A stretch of DNA of 62,878 nt, filler included, from Sphacelaria rigidula (taxonomy: Eukaryota): assembly GCA_964200075.2 (NCBI GenBank). It is 5 parts of 5 records of this genome, joined end to end, with 100 filler letters (N's around TTAATTAATTAA, not from the genome) between each part and the next. Parts side by side here need not be neighbours in the genome. Positions count along the whole stretch, not along the records: positions 37,790 to 50,284 come from CAXNAA020003698.1; 4 more parts are not named here. The stretch is one strand, 5' to 3'. The notes under the pieces are model-generated. The model was given only the letters and a program-made list of their open reading frames with translations, made no database searches and was not told where the DNA came from. The first letter of the stretch is position 1; each line of letters starts with the position of its first letter. Position numbers and translations under genes: made by a program. Below are positions 37,790 through 50,384 of this stretch, one piece after another.

Positions 37790-38822
37790 ATGCGTGACGG
37801 CCAGTACTGTACCCGTTGCTTGGACCAACCATCGATGATGCGACAACCGCCCGTTGGTGACGGAAGGGCTTAGCTTGACCCTGACACCAGCCCCGAGATC
37901 GCAACAGTACGGTGTTCCACAGCCCCCCCCATCACAAAAGACCGACGCGAGGAGACTCGGGAACCATTTCCGGGGAGAAAGGGGCGTGGTCGTTGTGGCG
38001 TCCGTGAAGGGCAAATGAGCGGGAAAATAGCCGAATGTGTGGGCGCCATGGTTGGTGTTGGCGCCTAGACTCCCGTGCGCGCCATGTGCCGCACCAGGTA
38101 CAGTGTAGAAAGCGATGGCCTAGCACAGGTACTTTCCCGGCCGATCGTTGGCCCAGATAAGGTACGATTGAAAAAGAATTCCTGAATCAGGTATACGTGG
38201 TGAAGTTTTGGCCTAGAAAGGGGAAGCGGTTTCTGGAGGCGAGATGTCCGTTTTTGCGTGGCCATATATCGCGAGTAACATGTTTTTCCCCCATTTTTTT
38301 CGAGGCCCGAGTGCCTAGGCCCCCCCAAGAGATGTGCGTGAAAAATCCGGAGCGAAAGCGGTCTAAATGGCCTGCTTTGCTGTTTTTGCGTTCCTGGCCA
38401 TTTTTCGTACCTTCCTTGGGGAACAAACGAGAAGGTATATCTTTCCTAGGCCATTACCCTATAATAAACGGTGTAAGTGAACAACAAGCTCGCAGCACAA
38501 ACACGGCCATATGGGTTTTTGCGTCTTGTGAGCATTAAGCAGATGTGTCCTATTGTTCGTGTATCAAACATAGATCTCGAGAAATGTTCAGGTAACGTTT
38601 TTTAATGCTTCTCTGACGAACGGGCCTGTGTTGATGGATGGATGATACTGTGCGCCACTCCAGGACTCGGCGCACATCAACGGCAATCCGGCGTTCGTTC
38701 TGAAGGTGATCGTGTAGCGCCATATGTCATACTTGCAACTTTACTGATGCAGAACGGTCCTGTTTTTGCAACTGTGTGCGTTGCGCCCGGCTCTCCTGAT
38801 TTATCGGTGTAACGATCACCAG

Positions 38823-39122
38823 GTAATAGAGAAACCAGGTCTGATCGATCAGCCACTGCACTTGGACAGTCCACTGACTCCGGAAGGGGTGAACGATCTC
38901 GTCGATCGTAGCGTGGACAGGCTACTCGAGGCAGATTCCCCATCCCTGGAAACGATCAAGATGCAGGTTGGCTTCGACTCCAGCTACATCTCTGAGGAGG
39001 AGAATCTGACGAATTTATACCATCGGCGAAGCACGCGCTTGAGAGAGATGCAAAGGACTATAGCCACTATGAGACCGAAGGATGGCGCAGATTTTGATGC
39101 ACTTACTGCTCTCCACCGGCAG
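38823..39122 (+). CDS. CFAP206: Internal exon of cilia- and flagella-associated protein 206 (N-terminal region)
   Basis: caccag|VIEKP...RLLEADSPSLETIKMQVGFDSSY...LTALHRQ|gtgcgc; 300 bp, phase 0-0. PSL(E/D)TIKMQV.FD..Y is the conserved CFAP206 N-terminal motif. Confidence 0.88.
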
Positions 39123-39500
39123 GTGCGCTGCGCTTCATTTTTAGGCGAATCGTCTGGCAGAGCGGAAGTTTTGGGATGCCTTCACGCTGATGATAGGAGT
39201 GTAACTGCTCATGGTAGTTGCCGTTGCATACGCTCGTGCTCCACTGTTGAACACACATCCCAGAGCTCGAGAATTGTGGATGTGCCGTAGATCGATGTTA
39301 ATTATTATATTCCAACGAACCAACGCACACTCTGTTCCCGTATCAAGCTACGATAGATACTCTGGAGCCTGGGAAACAGCGCATGTTATAACCAATTGAA
39401 GCCCACTTCTCACGGGAATACAGAATTGTGCAAGAAAAGTTGTCCTCGAGGGTTATATACTTGTAAGCAAAACTTGAAGCCATACACGTGCAAGAAACGA

Positions 39501-39900
39501 GCACGGCCCCCCCGTGGGCTTATGGCCCGACTGTCGCCATCAGGGTGGAGAGAACGTGGGTTCGATTCTCGACGCGTCGGGGTTTTCCTTACAAGTATCT
39601 GATTTCCATCGTCAAAAGCGTGACGACGTGAGCAAACAAAAAGTAGTTGGAGGCCATCGACGATGCCGTCCAGACTTTGCGTGGAAGAAGCAATGATGAT
39701 GACGTACGACACGCTGATCTCAGTTGACTGGGTTTGTATGACGAGAGTTGACGCGGTGCGAGAGTGCTGTGCGATAGTGCTGATAGTCATAACCCAATCC
39801 GCGAGAGACAAAAATGCAAGGGGACAGATGGGTTGATCCCTTGAGACCCCGGACTCATCCCGAGGAAGGGGAGGGGTTCGAAGTGTGACAAAAAAAAAAG
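39501..39900 (+). mobile_element. tRNA-derived SINE family 2
   Basis: B-box gggttcgattctc at ~39558, a body shared with 44345-44658 (inverted) and a poly-A tail. A head-only copy lies at ~58990-59140. Confidence 0.8.
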
Positions 39901-40904
39901 ACAAACGTTTTTTCCTTCACGGTGTAGGTGTTTTCCTGATGATAGGTAATACTACAGTACATCATACAAACGTACACCTGTCGCAAGAAGTTGTTGCCCT
40001 CCAGCCACGACCATCCTGTGATAAAGACTGGCGTTGCTGGAAACGATTTACTCCTGCCAGTTTTTCATGCTCCTCGAACTATGGAACATTCCAACTAGGT
40101 GTCGAAGGCTGGATCAGAACAACGGAGATTTTTGGTATTAGTTGCGAACGATTGACGTATTGAAAAATGGGTAGAGTACGAACTCGTACTGAATATTGCG
40201 TGCGGAAAAAATGCTGACGACAACACCTATTGCTGTGGTCTCACGTTGCCCGGGTGGCCTGACGAAACCCAAGGCCCCAGTGCATGCACAGCAGCTCCAA
40301 GACTAGCTCCTATTCAGCAGCGTTGCCCTCGCTTTCTTACCACGCAAGAACCAGAATCGGAATATACAGTGACTGACGCGTCCAGTACCGAAGCGACATA
40401 CGACGAGATATCGCATGTCGACAAGGCCCTAACCTGTGGGAGCAGTGTGACAGAATTGAATTGCCCAAACTCGACGTGGGAGTGAGACACAGTATACCCG
40501 CAGTGGTTTTACTGGGTGAACGTGAGTTCACGTGAATCGCGGTACCATTTTGTGCGTCAAATTGCCTGTGACACAAGACTGACATGCAGTTACAACAAAA
40601 AATCCAACATAAACGTTCTCCCAAAACATGTCGTTGTCCTACTACCTGAACTTGGATGGTATCCCCGGAGGCGCTCGTGCCGGACACGATTCACCTCAGT
40701 GGTCACATCTGTGCAGTTTTTACGCGAGGACAGCCTTGCTAACCAGCTGCGCGTACCACACTCTGGACAATGGACACAATATAGGACATTGCTTCAGTAA
40801 TAATCGCGGGGGAAAGCCTATCGTTATATATTGTCCAACACAAAAAGTGGTGAAGCACATGTATTGATATGCATTGCAAGGGACAATATATGTTGCAAGA
40901 GTCA

Positions 40905-41205
40905 ATCAATAGTCTATGGCAATTACAACAGATGAAGATCACCGGCCATCGATGGACATCGTATACCGCAATAGATTCTGGAATGTATTTTCGATAGCCA
41001 TTGCCGTAATCAGTAGATTTGGTGAGCCATCTATCGGTAGCAATTGCCGTCATCAATGGATTCAGTTGGTCGTCTATCGGTATCTTTTGCCGTCATCAAT
41101 AGGCTTGGTGACAATCTTAACCTCTGTCGCCAACAATGGATTTTAGGGTGTTTATCAATAGTCATTGCCGTCAATAATCGATTGTTCCAGAGAGCATCTA
41201 TCGAA
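40905..41205 (+). repeat. Degenerate tandem repeats (attgccgtcaa...gatt / catctatcg motifs)
   Basis: The ttgccgt motif recurs at about 41001, 41044, 41087 and 41165. Confidence 0.55.
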
Positions 41206-41217
41206 AGCCAATACGGG

Positions 41218-41620
41218 AACCGTAGGTAAGGTGCCGTACCGAGCGTACCCTCGGTATTTACTGGGGTATCTCATACCGCGGTATGCATGGGTATCGTAGG
41301 TATTACTTTTGAAAATATCTGATTCAGCGGGTACGGTAGGTATTGGAATATCGAAATACCATGGTATCGTAGGTATAGGTTTCGAAAATACCTGATTGAG
41401 CGGGTACGGTAGGTACTGGTATCTCGAAATACCGTGGTATCGTAGGTATCGTAGGCATGACATTTGAAAATACCTGATTGGGCAGGTAGGGTAGATACTG
41501 GTGTCTCGAAATACCGTGGTATCGTAGATATCTTAGGTACGGCATTTGAAAATACCCGGTTGGGTCGGTATCGGTAGGGTATGAGATGTCCCAAATACCA
41601 GTACCGGGTACATACCTCTA
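41218..41620 (+). mobile_element. MITE-like element with internal ~75-90-bp tandem units built from ggtatcgta
   Basis: Four units ttgaaaatac..gatt..gcgggtacggtaggtatt...ggtatcgta; left terminus accgtaggtaaggt. Confidence 0.75.
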
Positions 41621-42614
41621 TATCGATTTTAAGACTGTCATTCGGTAGTGCGCAGAAGCGTTTCAAGGCGTGTCTTAGCACGTTTTTTTTCGGTCGAAAA
41701 AATGGGGCGGTGGAATTGATGTGAGCGAAAATCGCTCATTTTTGTCGACTTGGGTCCAAGCGAATTTTCAAGCTTTCGATCGAAAAAGTACAGAGAGATT
41801 CGTGAAACGGTACATGATCACTCGTCTACGGTACAAACAGTCTGTAATGTCTGCACTGCTTGCAAGCAGTGTTTCTTGACTGCGGGTGTCCATGTTTCGT
41901 ACACTTGGATCTGAAAGAGAAGCGGGCAACGTGCAGTGCAGACAGCCCAGGACTATCAGTTCTCTCTGCTTACAGTGCGACGTGAAAAAGGTCAACAACC
42001 TGCAGCTTTGTTCTGCTTGCACTGTCCTATGAGCGTGTACGCACCTCGGTTGCTCACCATACCACAAAGTTTCGTCGCTGGCCCTACTATGGAAGAACAT
42101 GCGCGAGTTTTCGCCAACAAAAATTAAGCAAAGCATACCCAACTACTGCAGTGTATCTATCCCTGTGCTCAACTCGTACACGATGCTGCAGGGTCGTGGT
42201 GGTACCTGAGAATGAGTTGGATGGAGTTAGTGTGGTTCTGTAAACGGGTGTTATCTGACGTGGTGGTCTATAAGATACTGTAGGAGTGAAGTGTCGCTTC
42301 GTGCTTTAAACCGCATGTTTTCGATCGAGAAAGCTTAGCTTTATTGTTGTGTAGTTTTTCTCCGCGCGCCGCTAATTACAAATTTGAGTTGAAGCCTTTT
42401 AAGAACAGAAATGCGGTGGACCTATCCGATCAAGAAAAAAAACTCGACCACACTTCAGAATACGTAATCATGTGTTCATTCGAATTGACCCAAACACGAA
42501 AATCAGGGATAATCTGGGTATATATTACTTGTGAAAACAAGACGTACCTACTCCGACAACTTCTGGCCTTGGCGTAAGCTGGGACCAGCTGTTGTACCGT
42601 GGGGAATGCATCGC

Positions 42615-43153
42615 GTCCGGTATTTATCGGGTATACCCCCGGTATTTACCGGGGTATCTCATACCGTGGTATGCGTGGGTATCGTAGATATGGGTTTTGG
42701 AAATACCCGATTGAGCGGGTACGGTAGGTATTCAAATCTCGAAATACCGTGGTATCGTATGTATCGTAGGTATCGTAGGTATCGTAGATATCGTAGGTAT
42801 CGTAAGTATGAGTTTTAAAAATACCTGCTTGAGCGGGTACAGTAGGTATTGAAATATCGAAATATCGCGGTATCGTAGGTATCGTAGGTATGAGTTTTGA
42901 AAATAGCCGATTGGGCGGGTACTGTAGGTATTGAAATATCGAAAATACCGTGGTGTCGTAAGTATCGTAGGTATCGTAGGTACGACATTCGAAAATACCC
43001 GATTGGGCGAGTACGGTAGGTATTGAAATCTCGAAATACCGTGGTATCGTGGGTATCGTAGGTATGAGTTTTGAAAATACCCGATTGGACCCGCATCGGT
43101 AGGGTGTGAGATGTCCCAAATACCGGTACCGTATACCCACCTTACCTACGGTG
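42615..43153 (+). mobile_element. Second copy of the ggtatcgta-unit element
   Basis: Five units. The right terminus accttacctacggt is the inverse of 41219-41232. Confidence 0.75.
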
Positions 43154-44344
43154 CCTGTGAAAGCCAGTGACGCCAACGATAGCTTTTGATAAATATATTG
43201 CTCACCGCACTGATCTTATGACATCGACGGCAATTCGATGAATATGCAAGAGCTTCGACGGCCTCCGCCGCCACGATCAATGGACTGACATCCAAAACAC
43301 ATGTTATCTGGCGGTAGTAGCGAGAAAAAGCAAACCCGACCGTGTAAAGGTGCACGATTAGACGCCATGGCTTATGGTGGGCAACTAAACAGTCCTGTGC
43401 TTGCTGCAGAGTGTCATTAGTCCTTTGGTCGCCATAATAGGTAATCTGTGTCATGCAGAAATATTTCATGTGAAAGTGATCTCACTTCCACGCACAATCA
43501 CACCGGTACCCGAGCGCACCAGCAAACAAGCCTCGTTATGCTTTCCGGGGCAATACTCGTACACCAGTACAGATCAGTACGGGAAATGATGTACAGTACG
43601 GAAATAGAACACACGTAGGTGTAGACAGTACTCGTGTAGCAGTAGAGCATGTGCACTTGTGACGTGTTGTTTGGTGTGGCCGTGGCGTGCTTCCTCGCAG
43701 TGCACCGTTTTATAGCGGAGCAAGGCAATTGTCACGAGAGATCTTGATGGGTTGAGCAGACGATGAACCCGAGTGGGGCGCTGCATCGCCATGCTTTTCA
43801 TTATTCATTCAGACGTCACCCGCTGGTGTACAGCTCTATCTGAACCTTCGCTCTCTGAATCTCAGCCCTGAACCCCAACTATAGAGCTTACAATATAGAG
43901 CCGCGGAGCCGTTTTGGCTAGACTGAGCACTGGCTACAGTACTGATTCCCGGACCGTTCCTGTTTGTACTTCGTACTGAACCGCGCTGGCTCCTACCAGG
44001 CTGGTTGACTACATGCCTGAGAATCGACGTATGAGATCTATGTCCAACACATAATCTGCACAGAGCATAGTAGTGCGTGTGTGTTACTTTCGCAGCAGTC
44101 CTGGTCCTTTCGGTAAGTCCTTTGGCCCTCATTAAGGTCATCCACGTCATGCGCCAATTTTTCAAATGAAAGTGCTGCCAATTCCACATTTATGCACACC
44201 GGCACCGGAGCGCACCACGATTACCTCTCGTTTTGCTTTCCGGAGCAGTATTAGTGCAGCAGTATAGAACAGAAGGGTGAATGAAGTACGGCATGGTGAT
44301 GGAGTACACGTAGGTGGAGATGGTACTCGTATAACAGCACAGCA

Positions 44345-44658
44345 CAGTTATTTTTTTTCCTCACACTTTGAACCCCTCCCCTTCCTCGGAATGAGTCCGT
44401 GGTCTCAAGGGATNNNNNNNNNNCTCCCCCGGTACGCGCCTTTCATTTTGGTCTCGCAGATTGGGTCAGCACTCCCGCACCGCGTCAACTCATGTCACAC
44501 AAACCCAGTCGACTACTTTGTTCACTCACGTTCTCGCGCTTTCCACAGTGGAAATCATACATCACGAAGACGAAAACCCAACGCATCGGGAATCGAACCC
44601 TCGTTCTCTCCACCCTAATGGTTACAGTTGGACCATTACACCATCAGGGCGCGGCGGC
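44345..44658 (-). mobile_element. tRNA-derived SINE family 2 (contains a 10-N gap at 44414-44423)
   Basis: Minus strand shows A-box tggtgtaatgg, B-box ggttcgattcc and an A-rich tail. Confidence 0.82.
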
Positions 44659-47600
44659 GTCAATAGTGTGTGTGTGTGTGTTTGTTTGCGTGTTACTTCT
44701 GGGGCAGGGTTGGCATGCCTCGAACGTGTTTGGATCCTGTGCGCATGCCACATCGTCGGAACTGTCTTTACCCCCCCTTTTACTCTCTGAACGGCTGCTC
44801 GGAAAATCATGTGTACCCGGGTGAACCATCGAATTTCATGCACACTAGCAAAAACGCGTGCGGCTGGTCAGTGCCGCAGGACCACCCCGACCGTGGGGAC
44901 TCGGGTCACACTTTCAATTGGAGCCAGCACATCCAACGCAGAGTACAGTAGTACAGTTACATGATATGGTACTCTCTCTCTCTCATCTCTCACTACTCGT
45001 CGCGTTGTCGACTTTCTTTTGTCCGCGTGACTTCTCGCTGCCAGCTCAAAAAGAAAGACGTGCTCTGTTGCGATTATTTCAGAGCTCACAATTCTGTTCT
45101 CGTTTACTTCCCATCCATGTATAATAATGCACGCCGACATATTATGAAGGAAAAGGAGCTGCCGCTTTGTGTACCCATCGGGACAGAGAACCCAAGGTAG
45201 AGAGCGTGGTGTGTGCCGGAACAGACAACATCATGACGACTGCATTGCTCTTCTGGTCGTTAGCTGTGTTGGGTCTATCGGCACAGCCATTTTCGCCGTG
45301 CTGTCTCTACAGCAAAACGAGTGATAACGTATAGACAAAACGGTACGTATGACAATGTAGGTGGACAGAAACGCTGGAATGCTGAGCACGGTGTGCGTGA
45401 TTCGCACAGCTCTGTGTAGAAGTTAATGAGAAACAATTTTGGAATGATCCGACTCATTTTCACGTGCCGGCTCCACAAATGAACATGGCCTGAGTGCGGT
45501 CGAGAAGGATGACCTCCGACGGCCGAAGGCCGAAGGGTCCACCGAGACCTCCAGAGAGGAAACGCATCAAACGGAACGCATCTCGAAATCGAAACGCCAT
45601 GCGGTACACAGCGCGGAATTATGCCAATTCGTAAAAATCGAAATAGTTCGATTTGAATTTCAATAGAAGAACGTGCGTGTCATATCTAAACCCGATGCCG
45701 GTTCAAAAACTGGAGCGATTGAAAAAAGGTAGTTGGAACCGTGCCCCGACAGCTCTGTCGAGATGGCACGACGATGCACCCACACATCAAAACACGCTCG
45801 GGGTGTTCAAGCCCTGCCTCGAGAGGGGTACTTTGTTCCATGGAGAGCGGTTGCATGATTGATCTCGTGTCTTATGGTCAGCAAATATGAGGTCGATTCA
45901 ATTTTCATGGCGGTACCACTGACGGTCGAACAGTCCCCTGATGCTTGGAGACAGGAAATGAATCACAACGCAAGCCCAAAGGCCATGCGGACGAGAGCTC
46001 TGAGGCCACGCAGAACACAGTGCATAACGCAACTGTACCCCAAGCGCAACCAGACACTGAACGCACACTGATGTCCACCGAAATGTCTAGAAACCGGCGA
46101 ATGCGGTGGTCCTCATCTTGAAAAAAAGATCGCATGTGCGGTAGAGGATCAGCTGCAGCAGCAGTACGACGGAGCCCACCATGGTGGTAATGATGCCGAT
46201 TGATATGAAAGTGATGCCAATGCAATTAAAACAAAGTTCGTGCCGCCAAATCAAAACCCGATGCCGGTTCGAAAACTGAAGCAATTAAAAAAAGATAGTT
46301 GAAACGGTGTCCCGACAGCTGTGTCAAGATAGCACGACGATCGACTCAGACACAATGTCACGCCGGAATTTTAAAAAATCACGATTCGGAACAGAATTCG
46401 ACATCTTTTCGCCCCGATACGCACGCACCCACGACGCAACCCCGGATTCAGCAACATGAGCTTGTTGCCTGTGGTCTACACGACATGCTGGCGAAGTTTC
46501 AGCACGTAAAAGTGATGACAGCGCGTGCATGGCCGTGCCTCCTGAATTGAGCACCTCCACAGACAAAAGGAAAATGTGTGCCGCACAGAATGTCATGGTC
46601 TAGAATATCGATGTTTGTTTGACGGCGCAGAAGCTGCGTAGTAGGTCATCACGTGGAAGTCAGCGCACCCGCGTGTCAGCACATGCATCCAGCAATGTCT
46701 CATGCGGTCTGGGCTGCAGAGACGCCATTTTCAGGGCGTATGGACGACATAACCCACAATCCGTGTTCGCTCTTAGTTCAATCCGCACTCCCGTTCACGT
46801 GCCGCCGAACTGCGTATACGCTGTGTGTGTTGTGCTGTACCTCTGTGCCAAGTTTGAAGCCAGATGGTGTGGACACGGTGGAGAAATTGACAAATTAACG
46901 CTTCAAAAAGTGGAAAATGCAGTGGCGAACCGTGGAAAGATACATGATATGCGTTTACGCCGCATATCACAATGCAGTGAGTTACCGCCGTCCTATTTGC
47001 ACCCCTTCGGCCACCCGCCACCCAGTACGATGGCAACAAGTGCAGGGTCCGCGGATGCGTTGATTCTTGGGCGCGATAGCTCACCCTACGATGGTTTCTC
47101 GTTCCAATGGTGTGTACAGCAAGAAGCACTGCGGGCTGCGGTATCGCGCAGATGCGAAACTGCCCCCCAGTGTGGGTGTGTGTGTACGCGAAATATTATG
47201 TCGATGCCGTCACAAAGGTCAGGTTTAACGAACGCCTTTTTTTTTCGTATTTCTTTGTTGTACCCACGGAAAATATCTCTGTTTGGCCACTTATCGCGTG
47301 TAAGAAAGTGTCTCGGTGGAAATCGCGTGTTTGGCCCTCCTATGAGTCATTATCCCGAACATGAGGTTTAGACGGAGGTTGACATCTCGGAACGATCGTA
47401 TCCCTTCGTTGATACCGTTCCGCAATAATTTTTCCGTTTTAGGGTTATGTAACGGTTGCAGTCGTGCCCGACATTGTTATCTCAGCGAGAAGCGGCCGAC
47501 TCAATAATATGCATGAAGCAGAAAAAACTCGAATTTGCTTTCAACAAAAAAAACGAATCTGTTTGCAACAACATGATCGTTTGTTATTGGAATTTCAACT

Positions 47601-49009
47601 TCGGCCGTAAAAAAGTGTCGCGTACTCGAAACGCGAAGGTGCTCGGGTCTTCATTTTTCTTGCTACGTGACACCCTTGTGATGGAGAGTGCGGGTTCGGC
47701 CACAAACAAAGTGTTGTGGGGGCCACCACTGCCCTCTGCAATGGTGTCGACAAAAAAAAGCTTGTCGTTTCCACGTGCCAATATCCGCCCAACCCGCGCG
47801 GTCGCTGAAAATCGACAGCCAAATGCCAACAGCCAACCACATCAATCTTTGACACATCACAAATGGCCTTGGGGTCAAGACTTAACGGTAGGACTTTCGG
47901 CGGATTTTGTGGAGAACGAAATATAGCGTTTGGCAGATATTGCAGTTCCGCAATGGCTAAAACACATGCATAGACCAACGCCGGCGACAAGCAGTCATCG
48001 CGTATATTTTCCAGGTGATACCAGCCCCCTTACGTGCGAGATATTCACTGCATACATCCCCTAAAATCACCCCGAAGACAAAATGAAAACAAAAACATCC
48101 TGGGATATGACATCGCAAGAGGTCATGTCAACGACACATTTTTCTGGGGAAGGAGAACGCATGACTCTACATTTAGCGCCGGATTGTTTTGCTATTTCCA
48201 GGGAGTGAAATATTGGAGGAGCCTGCACAAGTACCGTTGTCTCTTTTAAAACGCACAATGTCCCCAGGAGGAACACCTGCCCTCAACACTCGATACCCTG
48301 ATGGTATGACCACTGTATCCCTCGCAGCGGCGGGAAGTTCAGGCCGAAAAACCGTTCGAGAAAATGCCGGCCGACCACATCAATACGCACGATGCGAAGG
48401 CGTCGTTCGATGCCCAACGAATCCTAGGACTTCCTTTGGGAAAACAGCCGACAGGAAATCGCGCCCGCTGATACCTTCACCGCCGCCGCCGCGGGCACAT
48501 GTGCATACATAGCACGGAGATGTCAAGCGCATAATGTGAAGGGCAACCGATCCTTCCATGAGACCACATCGCATCCTGCGGTGCACATGATCTCCATCCA
48601 TCCGCGATCAACCCCTGGCAGCCTCACAGTCTGGGTTCGCCGCTGTTGGTGCACCTGAGGCGGAATATAACGCACACGGTGATGAAAAGACGCAGAGAGG
48701 GTCAGCGAGCCAGAGTCGCTCTCCTTTCGACAGCCAGATTCCAATACCATGCACGACAGCCACCCTTTGCCCCCCCTTATCTCATAAAATCACGGATTGC
48801 AACATCAAAATTACTGCAACCCCACCGCAAACCCTTCGATCCAACTTTATATCAAACGGAAGAAGAGTCCTCCGGGATTGCGGTCGATACACGGGCCTGG
48901 GGATCATAATAAACAAGGGGGGAAACAGGCGCATGACTGTTGACGCGAACCTGCTTCGCCGGAGCTTTTGGTATCATACCTGTGCGTTGACCACTCTCTC
49001 ACACATGGT

Positions 49010-50200
49010 TCATCCGGTCCAGGTACAATTCCAATACGTCCTCGCCCGTGTCCCCGTACGAAGCAAATGACTCCTCCGATGACGTGCTGCTACGGCACTC
49101 CCAGTCTTCATCCGAGGTCGTCTCTGCGTCGTCGCCGCTGTCACCACCAATTGTAACCCTTCGCCAACCGGTACGCTTTGCGCGTCGATAGCCGGATTGC
49201 ACCACCCCTTGCACCCACACAGTACGAGTATGGGATGGCAATCTTTTTCAAGCTTGGCGCATTTGCAGTTGTGGTTGCACCTGTGTTTCTCCGCCGCCGA
49301 TGGGATACACCCACACAGCAGACGAGTGATCCTTCCCATGGGGTCGATGCGTGCGTGTTCCGATAAGTTGACAACGACATTGGCCTTCGTCATGGGCGTT
49401 TGCGCATTTTCTGCCGTCGTACTCCAACCGCGATTGTTGAAGTCCACGTCCGCCATGGACTCCTCCATACCCCCCATGCAATATTCCAACACAGCTCCAG
49501 CGTCCGCGGGCGGCACGAGGTCTATTGGCCCCCTGCCGCCCAACTTCCATCTAAAAAATCTCACCCAATTCACGGAGAGTGTCACTTTCCCCTCCGCCAG
49601 TTCGCGGAGGATATCCTCCGCGCTGGTGCCGACCGTTGAGAACGCCGATTCCTTCTTATAGAAGAAAGCGACCCCCACAAACTTCACCACCTCCTCCTCG
49701 TCTACAGACACCACCTAGCGATCAATCCTCAACAGGGGCCTCGAGAAAAGACCGGCACGCACAGGCCTTTAAGGAGCGCGTTCCACATAGAGGGGAAAGG
49801 TAGCTCCTTGAAACTAGCAGCTAGAAATCACAGCCGCTCAGCAAGTACACCAGCACGATGTGTACCTGCGCACTCGGCGGCGTCCTCTGCAGAATATCCC
49901 GCTGCCGCCAGTCGGATATCTACGAGGCTTCTGGGCGCGACCTGCTGTCGGTGTTGATGACGGCGGCGATGAAAAAGTCAAGGTGTGTTGGTCACGGCGA
50001 TGGCGGCGAGATAATGGAGTGTGAGGTGCAGTACGCATGGGGTGGTTCTCGCATGTGACCGTTCCTCTCTGAATACCTCTCACACCGGGAACATGGCCTG
50101 AGCTCACCGTTGACGGTATTACCCAACATGTACCCGACCATCAGCTTATAGAAAATCCTGAAGGTGTAGTACCACATGAAGCTGCTGATCGTGAAATATT
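49010..50200 (-). pseudogene. Academ (AcademX)-like transposase C-terminal relic: XPG/FEN1-type H3TH motif + Cys-rich finger
   Basis: IVLVYLLSGCDF* at ~49860-49821, then a frameshifted FKELPFPSMWNALL. ORF 49714-49010 has LVPPADA...RGW...LCGC-x8-CNHNCKCAKLEKDCHPILVLCGCKGWCN. Confidence 0.65.
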
Positions 50201-50211
50201 CCGTTTACTTT

Positions 50212-50284
50212 GCCGGTCGCCCCGGTGGCTCAGTTGGTAACCTCGTAATCTTCTGATGGTTGAGTAGGGGGGTTCGATTCCCGG
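50212..50284 (+). mobile_element. SINE family 1 head, truncated by the contig end
   Basis: gccggtcgccccggtggctcagttggtaa...ggttcgattcc. Confidence 0.85.
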
Positions 50285-50384
50285 NNNNNNNNNNNNNNNN
50301 NNNNNNNNNNNNNNNNNNNNNNNNNNNNTTAATTAATTAANNNNNNNNNNNNNNNNNNNNNNNNNNNNNNNNNNNNNNNNNNNN
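50285..50384. other. Artificial contig linker
   Basis: N44-TTAATTAATTAA-N44. Confidence 0.98.

Noticed and set aside
41155-43176. Repetitive YRYL/PTIP ORFs
   Set aside because: Translations of the ggtatcgta tandem units.
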